From Propionibacterium freudenreichii subsp. freudenreichii (lineage in GTDB: Bacteria; Actinomycetota; Actinomycetes; Propionibacteriales; Propionibacteriaceae), in the NCBI RefSeq assembly GCF_000940845.1, contig NZ_CP010341.1, positions 900,001-932,000 on the forward strand: DNA of 32,000 nucleotides. Direction: 5' to 3'. The stretch's first letter is position 1. Every line of letters begins with the position of its first letter. Below, piece by piece: positions 12,022 through 20,215 of this stretch. The notes below the pieces were generated by a model. That model saw only the letters and a program-made list of their open reading frames with translations. It did not search any database and was not told where the DNA came from. Made by a program: the position numbers and the translations under genes.

Positions 12022-13254
12022 ATGCAATCCGACCAGGATCAGTTCGGCACTGCCGGCACTTCGTCACAGGATGACACGGGTCGCACCTCGCCTGACGTCG
12101 GCGGGGCCGCCACCGCCCGGGCGGAGGACCGCCCGAAGAAGGCCGGCTCGTCGGGCGCCACGAGGAGCACCAGCGTGGCCCAGGGGCCCTTCCGTGGCCA
12201 ACCCCGGTGGCTGCCACGCATGAGCGTCATCTTCATCGCCATGATCGGCATCGCCGGTAGCATCTGGCTGTTCCGGCAGTTGTCGTGGCTGCTGGCCCCG
12301 GTCTTCCTGGGGCTGAACCTGGTGATCGCCTTCTACCCGATCTACTCAGGCCTGACCAGGCGGAAGTGGCCCAGGGCGTTGGCCGCCATCGTCATGGCCC
12401 TCGCGCTGCTGTCGGTGGTGATCCTGGCGGTGGCCTCCATGGCATGGGCGGTGGGCACGCTCATCGGTGCGATCCCCAGCTATGTGCCGCGCATCCAGGC
12501 GATGTACGGCGACCTGATGCAGTTCCTGGTGCAGCACCACATCAGCGCCGATGCGGTGAGTGGCTTCTACAGCCGCATCGACCCGAACAACGTCCTGTCG
12601 GCCCTCACCGGGGTGCTCGGCTCGATCTCGGGCAGCATCGGCGCCGGTACGGTGGCGCTGACCACGATCCTGATGCTGCTGGTCGATTCGGTGGGGTGGA
12701 AGAGGCGGCTCGGCATGGTCGAAGTGGGCCACCCGCGCGCCATCGGGGCGATCCGCGATTTCGCCCACGGCACCCGCCGCTACTGGTTGGTGTCGATGGT
12801 CTTCGGCGCCATCATGGCCGGGCTGAACGCCATCGAGCTGAAGATCCTCAATGTGCCCCTGATGGGGGTGTGGGTCGTGCTCACCTTCATCACCACCTTC
12901 ATCCCCTCAGTCGGCTTTTTCTTCGCCATGGTGCCGCCGGTCATCGTCGCCCTGGTGGTCAACGGGTGGCAGAACGCCCTGTGGTTGATGGCCATCTACT
13001 TCGTCACGACGTGGATCGTGCAGGGCTTCTTCCAGCCGAAGTTCACCGGCAACGCGGTGGGCGTCAACATCACCACGTCGTTCATCTCCCTGCTCTTCTG
13101 GGCCTGGGTGTTCGGGCCGTTGGGGGCGCTGATCGCGCTGCCGGCCACCCAATTGGTCAAGTCGTTGGTGTTGGACGCCGACCCCAAGTCGCGGTGGGTG
13201 AGTGCGCTGATCGCCCCCGAGCCGAGCGTCGTCGGCGCCGATCCCCAAACTTGA
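12022..13254 (+). CDS. AI-2E family transporter (PerM/UPF0118), paralog 2
   Basis: The same family core is present (..FITTFIPSVGFFFAMVPPVIVALVV..FTGNAVGVNITTSFISLLFWAWVFGPLGALIALPAT..). ATG 12022 is preceded by GAGGAG; the track ORF starts at 11980. Confidence 0.88.
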   Translation: MQSDQDQFGTAGTSSQDDTGRTSPDVGGAATARAEDRPKKAGSSGATRSTSVAQGPFRGQPRWLPRMSVIFIAMIGIAGSIWLFRQLSWLLAPVFLGLNLVIAFYPIYSGLTRRKWPRALAAIVMALALLSVVILAVASMAWAVGTLIGAIPSYVPRIQAMYGDLMQFLVQHHISADAVSGFYSRIDPNNVLSALTGVLGSISGSIGAGTVALTTILMLLVDSVGWKRRLGMVEVGHPRAIGAIRDFAHGTRRYWLVSMVFGAIMAGLNAIELKILNVPLMGVWVVLTFITTFIPSVGFFFAMVPPVIVALVVNGWQNALWLMAIYFVTTWIVQGFFQPKFTGNAVGVNITTSFISLLFWAWVFGPLGALIALPATQLVKSLVLDADPKSRWVSALIAPEPSVVGADPQT

Positions 13255-13275
13255 GTCCCCACGCCTCAACTTCCA

Positions 13276-13290
13276 CGCCGGAAGCGAAAT
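13276..13290. promoter_or_regulatory. Candidate ClgR operator upstream of clpP1
   Basis: CGCCGGAAGCGAAAT reads on the other strand as ATTTCGC-TTCCG-GCG. This resembles the GTTCGC-N5-GCG / CGC-N5-GCG ClgR box described for Streptomyces and Corynebacterium clpP operons (recalled from memory). It lies about 55-65 nt upstream of the clpP1 start. Confidence 0.3.
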
Positions 13291-13340
13291 GCGGACCCTC
13301 CTCCTCCGGTTTGGGGTCGGCTACGGGTAGGTTCGGACAT

Positions 13341-13976
13341 GTGAACGACATCGCGAAAAACCCCGTGCTGCCCTCCCTGGCGGCCGGAGGAGCCAGCGGT
13401 TTCGGCCTGAGTGACAACGTCTACCAGTCACTTCTGGCCAACCGCATCGTGTTCCTCGGCTCAGAGGTGAAGGACGAGAACTCCAACGCGATCTGCGCGC
13501 AGATGCTGCTGCTGAACGCGGAGGACCCGCACAGGGACATCTACCTGTACATCAACTCACCCGGCGGCTCGATTGACTCGGGCATGGCCATCTACGACAC
13601 CATGCAGTGGATCAGCAATGACGTGGCCACCGTCGCATTGGGCCTGGCCGCGTCCATGGGTCAGTTCCTGCTGTCCGGTGGTGCGAAGGGCAAGCGCTTT
13701 GCGCTGCCGCACGCACGCATACTGATGCACCAGCCGTCCGGCGGCATCGGCGGCACCGCGTCTGACGTGAAGATCCAGGCCGAGCAGAGCATCCACCTCA
13801 AGCATGAGATGGCCGCCCTGATCGCTGGTCACACCGGCCAGACGGTGGAGCAGATCGAGAAGGACTCCGACCGTGACCGCTGGTTCACGGCGCAGCAGGC
13901 ACTCGAATATGGCTTCATTGACCATGTCTACGAGCGTGCGTCCAAGATCTCTGACACCGACGCCCCGAATCAGTGA
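13341..13976 (+). CDS. clpP1: ATP-dependent Clp protease proteolytic subunit 1
   Basis: ..IVFLGSEVKDENSNAICAQMLLL..IYLYINSPGGSIDSGMAIYDTM..GLAASMGQFLL..ILMHQP.. shows the Ser-His-Asp triad context. GTG 13341 is the first in-frame start after the AI-2E stop. The track ORF 12285-13976 is an artefactual upstream extension. Confidence 0.92.
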   Translation: MNDIAKNPVLPSLAAGGASGFGLSDNVYQSLLANRIVFLGSEVKDENSNAICAQMLLLNAEDPHRDIYLYINSPGGSIDSGMAIYDTMQWISNDVATVALGLAASMGQFLLSGGAKGKRFALPHARILMHQPSGGIGGTASDVKIQAEQSIHLKHEMAALIAGHTGQTVEQIEKDSDRDRWFTAQQALEYGFIDHVYERASKISDTDAPNQ

Positions 13977-13999
13977 CTTCTGAACCAGTGAGGACCTTC

Positions 14000-14689
14000 A
14001 TGACCAACAATGTGACACCCGGTCTGATTCTGCCTACGGCAGGGCAGTCCCCGGTGGCGCCCGGTGGCTTGGCCACCTCGCCGTCGGCGGAGTACTACAT
14101 CCCGCAGTGGGAGGAGCGCACCAGTTACGGTGTGCGTCGGGTTGACCCCTACACCAAGCTGTTCGAGGACCGCATCATCTTCCTCGGCACCCCGATCACC
14201 GATGATGTCGCCAATGCGGTGATGGCCCAGCTGCTGTCACTGCAGTCGATGGACGTCGACCGTCCCATCTCGATCTACATCAACAGCCCCGGTGGTTCCT
14301 TCACCGCGCTGACGGCCATCTACGACACCATGCAGTACCTGAAGCCCGCCGTGCAGACCATCTGCCTGGGTCAGGCGGCGTCCGCGGCGGCAGTGCTGCT
14401 CGCGGCCGGTGCCAAGGGCCAGCGCCTGGCGCTGCCCAACAGCCGCATCCTGATCCACCAGCCCGCCATCAGCGGGGAGGGAAGCTACGGCCAGTCCTCC
14501 GACCTGGAGATCCAGGCCAAGGAGATCCTGCGCATCCGCAGCCTCATGGAGCAGATGCTGGCCGACGCCACGGGCCAGCCCGTGGAGCGCATCAACCGCG
14601 ACGTCGAGCGCGACAAGTACCTGACCGCCGAGGAGGCCAAGGAATACGGCCTCATCGACGACATCCTGACGTCGCTCAAGGACTCGTGA
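14000..14689 (+). CDS. clpP2: ATP-dependent Clp protease proteolytic subunit 2
   Basis: ..IIFLGTPITDDVANAVMAQLL..ISIYINSPGGSFTALTAIYDTM..GQAASAAAVLL..ILIHQP... ATG 14000 is preceded by GAGGA; the track ORF starts at 13973, overlapping the clpP1 stop. Confidence 0.92.
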   Translation: MTNNVTPGLILPTAGQSPVAPGGLATSPSAEYYIPQWEERTSYGVRRVDPYTKLFEDRIIFLGTPITDDVANAVMAQLLSLQSMDVDRPISIYINSPGGSFTALTAIYDTMQYLKPAVQTICLGQAASAAAVLLAAGAKGQRLALPNSRILIHQPAISGEGSYGQSSDLEIQAKEILRIRSLMEQMLADATGQPVERINRDVERDKYLTAEEAKEYGLIDDILTSLKDS

Positions 14690-14736
14690 AAACAAGGGGC
14701 CACCTGAGCGGTCGCTCCTGCAACTAAGCACCAAAG

Positions 14737-14780
14737 CCCGCCCGGGCCGGTGGGGTCTCTTGTCCCACCGCCCGGGCGGG
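14737..14780 (+). terminator. Long GC-rich hairpin between clpP2 and clpX (possible terminator or attenuator)
   Basis: CCCGCCCGGGCCGGTGGG-GTCTCTTGT-CCCACCGCCCGGGCGGG forms about 17 bp with one bulge and is followed by TTACTCT. Confidence 0.4.
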
Positions 14781-14810
14781 TTACTCTGAGTGTCCACGAG
14801 AGGGGGCGTC

Positions 14811-16088
<1,278 letters not shown>

Positions 16089-16123
16089 CACTGTTCACCG
16101 ATGGCCCACGCCAGCCCTCAGCA

Positions 16124-16168
16124 CACGACCCGTACGCCCCGGATTCCCGGATCGGCGTGCGGGTCGTG
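16124..16168. terminator. Hairpin in the convergent gap between clpX and the small minus-strand ORF
   Basis: CACGACCCGTACGCC / GGCGTGCGGGTCGTG forms 15 bp including one G-U pair, with a 15-nt loop containing CCGGAT twice. Confidence 0.45.
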
Positions 16169-16199
16169 CACGTTCCGGCCCCGCGCTCGGGACGGGGAG

Positions 16200-16514
16200 T
16201 CACAGCGCGGGAATCGGCAACCAACTCCCGCCGCGTCGGCGGAGCACCCGTGGGGGAGACACCACGGCCACCTGTGACACCTGCTGGGTGATCTGGGCGC
16301 CATGGCGCCGGGCGCGCGCATCCTCGTCGGCATCATGGGAGCCCGCGATGGTGAACCGCACGGTCACCGTCGGCACCCCCGCGGGCATGTCGAGGCGCAC
16401 ATCGTCGCAGTGGAGCGGCGCCACCACGGCTGCCCGCGCCACCTCCAGGACCTCGTCGGGACGGTGCCCGGGACGCAGGCCACTGACCTGGAACTGCACT
16501 CGAAATGATGGCAT
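16200..16514 (-). CDS. Hypothetical small protein (104 aa)
   Basis: MPSFRVQFQVSGLRPGHRPDEVLEVARAAVVAPLH... GGAGGA lies 9-10 nt upstream of the ATG (complement of 16512-16514) and third-position GC is high. I recognise no motif. The ORF is divergent from thrC. Confidence 0.55.
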   Translation of the reverse strand: MPSFRVQFQVSGLRPGHRPDEVLEVARAAVVAPLHCDDVRLDMPAGVPTVTVRFTIAGSHDADEDARARRHGAQITQQVSQVAVVSPPRVLRRRGGSWLPIPAL

Positions 16515-16632
16515 GGGCCCGATCTTCCTCCCCGCCACGTTCATGGCCCCCGCAATCCCGGTGTCCGGTCGGTCGGGTTCTCGCATCGTTGCCGTGGGGC
16601 ACGGCGCGGTGCTCGGACTGTAGCCTGATGAC

Positions 16633-18075
16633 GTGCGCTATGTGTCAACCCGTGCCGCGTCCGCCGATGCCTCGGAGCCCTTCTCCGACATCCTGCTGGA
16701 AGGCCTCGCCCCCGACGGGGGCCTCTACCTGCCCGTCACCTACCCCCGGGTCGATGCACAGACCCTCACCCGGTGGCGCGCCGTGCTGGCCGAGCAGGGC
16801 TATGCGGCGCTGGCTGCCGAGGTGATCGGCCTCTATATCGATGACATCGGCCATGATGACCTGCTGGAACTGTGTCGCAGGGCCTACACCGCCGAGAAGT
16901 TCGGCGACCCCCAGATCGTGCCGGTGACGCGCATCGGCGACGAACCCCTGTGGCTGGGGCACCTGTCCAATGGACCGACGGCGGCCTTCAAGGACATGGC
17001 GATGCAGTTGCTCGGGGAGTTCTTCGAGTACGAGCTGCGTCGCCGGTCCAGCTGGCTGACCATCGTTGGCGCCACCAGCGGCGATACCGGAAGCTCGGCC
17101 GAGTATGCGATGCGCGGACGTGACGGGCTGAGCGTCGTGATGCTGACCCCGGCGGGCAGGATGACCCCCTTCCAGCAGGCCCAGATGTTCGGCCTGCAGG
17201 ATCCCAACATCATCAATGTCGCGGTCGACGGCGTCTTCGACACCTGTCAGGACCTGGTGAAGGCCCTCAACGCCGACGCCGAGTTCAAGCATCGCTGGCA
17301 CGTCGGTGCCGTCAACTCGATCAACTGGGCCCGCCTGGTGGCCCAGGTGGTCTACTACTTCGCCTGCTGGCTGCGCGTCACCACCAGCGCCGACGAACAG
17401 ATCAGCTTCGCGGTGCCCACCGGGAACTTCGGCAATGTCTGCGCCGGGCACATCGCCCGCTCCATGGGATTGCCGATCAAGCGCCTCATCGTGGCCACTA
17501 ATGAGAACGACGTGCTCGACGAGTTCTTCCACACCGGCCGATACCGGGTGCGCGGCGCCGTCGAGACCGTGGCCACCTCAAGCCCCTCCATGGACATTTC
17601 GAAGGCCTCGAACTTCGAGCGCTTCATCGCCGACCTGTTCGGACGGGACGGTGCGACCGTGCGCAGGCTGTTCGACCAGCTCGCCCGCACCGGGGAGTTC
17701 GACATCTCGGGGACGGCGCAGTTCACGGCCGTCAGCCAGCAGTACGGCTTCGTCTCGGGCCATTCCAGCCATGCAGACCGCCTGGCCACCATCGAGCGCC
17801 TGTGGACCACCGACCAGATCCTCATCGACCCGCACACCGCCGACGGCGTCCATGTCGCCGAGCAGTTCGCCGGCGACGAGCAGATCGTGGTGCTGGAGAC
17901 CGCACTTCCGGTCAAGTTCGCCGACACCATCAAGGAGGCCACCGGGGAGTTGCCACCCGTGCCGCCGCGCTTCGCCCACATCGGGGAGGGGCCGCGTCGG
18001 GTCATCGAGATGGGCGACGACCTGGGCGCCCTCAAGAAGCTCGTGGCCGACACCGTGGGCACCCTGCGGGCCTAG
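16633..18075 (+). CDS. thrC: Threonine synthase (long form)
   Basis: It begins VRYVSTRAA..PFSDILLEGLAPDGGLYLP.. and carries the PLP-lysine motif GPTAAFKDMAMQ. GTG start at 16633. Confidence 0.93.
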   Translation: MRYVSTRAASADASEPFSDILLEGLAPDGGLYLPVTYPRVDAQTLTRWRAVLAEQGYAALAAEVIGLYIDDIGHDDLLELCRRAYTAEKFGDPQIVPVTRIGDEPLWLGHLSNGPTAAFKDMAMQLLGEFFEYELRRRSSWLTIVGATSGDTGSSAEYAMRGRDGLSVVMLTPAGRMTPFQQAQMFGLQDPNIINVAVDGVFDTCQDLVKALNADAEFKHRWHVGAVNSINWARLVAQVVYYFACWLRVTTSADEQISFAVPTGNFGNVCAGHIARSMGLPIKRLIVATNENDVLDEFFHTGRYRVRGAVETVATSSPSMDISKASNFERFIADLFGRDGATVRRLFDQLARTGEFDISGTAQFTAVSQQYGFVSGHSSHADRLATIERLWTTDQILIDPHTADGVHVAEQFAGDEQIVVLETALPVKFADTIKEATGELPPVPPRFAHIGEGPRRVIEMGDDLGALKKLVADTVGTLRA

Positions 18076-18153
18076 CTCAGCACCGGCGCGGCGACCATCG
18101 AACCATTCCCGTGCGATCGTCATCGGACGGGATCAGCAACAAAGGAGACAGCA

Positions 18154-19275
18154 ATGAGCATGCGCGTCGGAATTCTCACCTCCGGTGGAGACAGCCCCGG
18201 CCTCAACGCCGCCATCCGTGGATTCGGCAAGGCCGCCGTGAGCACCTACGGCATGGAACTGATCGGCTTCCGCGACGGGATGCGGGGCCTGGCGGAGAAC
18301 CGCTTCATGCAGCTCGACTCGCACGCACTGTCCGGCATCCTCACCACCGGCGGCACCATCCTGGGCACCAGTCGCGACAAGGTGCACAAGATGCTGGTCG
18401 ACGGCAAGGTGCAGAACATGATCCCCGTGATCAAGAAGAACTACGAGAAGAACAAGCTGGACGCCCTGGTCTGCCTGGGTGGCGGCGGCACCGCCAAGAA
18501 CGCCAAGCGCCTGTCCGACGCCGGCATGAACGTGATCACGCTGCCCAAGACGATTGACAATGACCTGGTGGGCACCGACCAGACCTTCGGGTTCGCCACG
18601 GCCCTGGAGATTGCCACTGATGCGGTCGACCGCCTCCATTCCACCGCACACAGCCACCATCGCATCATCCTCACCGAGATCATGGGGCACCGTGCCGGAT
18701 GGCTGGCATTGGGTGCGGGGATCGCCGGTGGCGCCGATGTGATCCTGCTGCCCGAGGTGCCCTACAACGTCGAGTCCATCGCCGCGGCCATCAGCCGCCG
18801 CTCCGCCCATGGCTCGAACTTCTCGGTGGTGGCCGTGGCCGAGGGCGCGCGCAATGAGCGTGACGCCGCCGAACTCGCCGCCGCCGACGCACTGGTGCGC
18901 GAGGCCGATTCACCGGTGGCCCGCGACGCCGCGAAGACCCACCGGGCCAATGTCGAGGCCTCGCATCGGGCCCATACCTTCACGCTGGCCACCGAGCTGG
19001 AGAAGGCCACCGGACTCGAATCGCGCGTGACCATCCTGGGCTACGTCCAGCGCGGCGGCACGCCGTGTGGACGCGACCGCGTGCTGGCCACCGTGCTCGG
19101 CACTGCCGGCGCCGACCTGGTCGCCAAGGGCGTCTTCGGTGTCATGGTCGCCGCGAAGGGCGACGGGGCAGAGCCGGTTCCGCTCGAGGAGGTGGCCGGC
19201 AAGATCCGCCGCGTACCCGTCGACCACCCGTGGATCCGGGCGGCCAAGGAGGTCGGCACCGGGTTCGGCGACTGA
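18154..19275 (+). CDS. pfkA: 6-phosphofructokinase, PfkA family (phosphoryl donor not assignable from sequence alone)
   Basis: [21 protein letters not shown].., ..LPKTIDNDL.., ..[10 protein letters not shown].., ..[10 protein letters not shown]... AAAGGAGA RBS upstream. Confidence 0.9.
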   Translation: MSMRVGILTSGGDSPGLNAAIRGFGKAAVSTYGMELIGFRDGMRGLAENRFMQLDSHALSGILTTGGTILGTSRDKVHKMLVDGKVQNMIPVIKKNYEKNKLDALVCLGGGGTAKNAKRLSDAGMNVITLPKTIDNDLVGTDQTFGFATALEIATDAVDRLHSTAHSHHRIILTEIMGHRAGWLALGAGIAGGADVILLPEVPYNVESIAAAISRRSAHGSNFSVVAVAEGARNERDAAELAAADALVREADSPVARDAAKTHRANVEASHRAHTFTLATELEKATGLESRVTILGYVQRGGTPCGRDRVLATVLGTAGADLVAKGVFGVMVAAKGDGAEPVPLEEVAGKIRRVPVDHPWIRAAKEVGTGFGD

Positions 19276-19359
19276 CCGCGCCCGGCTGGGATCCCAGTGG
19301 GGTTGGACCCCAACGGGCTGGGAACACAACGGGCTGGGCCGCGACCCTATGCTTGACCG

Positions 19360-20109
19360 GTGAGTCCTTCCCAACCCCTGACGTTGCATGTGAGGGCCCT
19401 GGTGCTCGACATGGACGACACCATCAACCAGACGACGCCGGCCATGCGGGTGGCATTGCGCACGGCCGCCGTCGGGCTGTGGCCGCAGGTCCCCGAGGAG
19501 CGGCTGCACGCCGCTGTCGAACGCTATGCATTTGATGGCGCCGGATGGTTCCAGCGCTTCTCCTCGGGCCAGATCGACTTCGAGACGATGCGCCGCGGCC
19601 GGCTGGCAGACATGGCCGCCCAGCTCGACAACCAGCTCTCGGATCAGCAGTACGAGAGCTTCGAGGAGAGCTATCGCGCGGTGTTCATCGACTCGTGTCG
19701 GGCCTTCGACGACGCGCTGCGCCTGCTTGACCGGGCCCGTGCCGCGCAGGTGCCCGTGGCCGTGTTGTCGAACTCCGCACACCACATGACGCGCAGGAAG
19801 ATCCACCGGATCGGCCTGGACGATCGCTTCACCGCCGTACTGTGTGCCGACCAGCTCGGCGCCGGAAAGCCCGACCCGGGCGCATATCTGGCCGCCTGCC
19901 GGGCCATCGGCCACGAGCCGGGTGAGGTCGGTTACGTGGACGACCTGTTCCGCGACGCCCACGGCGGGGCGCAGGCGGGCCTCAAGGCGGTGTGGCTTGA
20001 CCGCATCGGTGAGGACGGAACCCCGGACAGTGAACACCAGGTGCGCTCGGGTGACCAGGCCGTGCCGATGATCGGCGGGCTGGACCAGCTCGACGTCCGC
20101 CTGCCCTGA
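19360..20109 (+). CDS. HAD-superfamily hydrolase
   Basis: Motif I is LVLDMDDT, motif II VLSNS, motif III GAGKPD and motif IV VDD. The start is either GTG 19360 or GTG 19390. Confidence 0.8.
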   Translation: MSPSQPLTLHVRALVLDMDDTINQTTPAMRVALRTAAVGLWPQVPEERLHAAVERYAFDGAGWFQRFSSGQIDFETMRRGRLADMAAQLDNQLSDQQYESFEESYRAVFIDSCRAFDDALRLLDRARAAQVPVAVLSNSAHHMTRRKIHRIGLDDRFTAVLCADQLGAGKPDPGAYLAACRAIGHEPGEVGYVDDLFRDAHGGAQAGLKAVWLDRIGEDGTPDSEHQVRSGDQAVPMIGGLDQLDVRLP

Positions 20110-20161
20110 CCGTTCGCGGCGTCGGATCACTGCCGTTCGGGTGATAACCGCTGGCTGAACG

Positions 20162-20207
20162 CCGCAGGGGGCGGACCCAACCACCTGGTCGGGCCCGCCC
20201 CCTGCGG
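20162..20207. terminator. Hairpin in the convergent gap between the HAD hydrolase gene and valS (candidate bidirectional terminator)
   Basis: CCGCAGGGGGCGG ... CCGCCCCCTGCGG is a 13-bp perfect stem that can be extended with one mismatch. Confidence 0.55.
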
Positions 20208-20215
20208 GTGGAGCG

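Noticed and set aside
12285-13340. The 5' two-thirds of the 563-aa ORF 12285-13976
   Set aside because: Only the last 211 codons (from GTG 13341) are ClpP. The upstream part overlaps the second AI-2E transporter in another frame and translates to Arg/Gly/Pro-rich nonsense.
19276-19359. Direct repeat AACGGGCTGGG x2 and palindrome CTGGGATCCCAG between pfkA and the HAD hydrolase gene
   Set aside because: These are short, low-complexity GC-rich matches with no positional logic I can defend. They are likely chance or a weak terminator.
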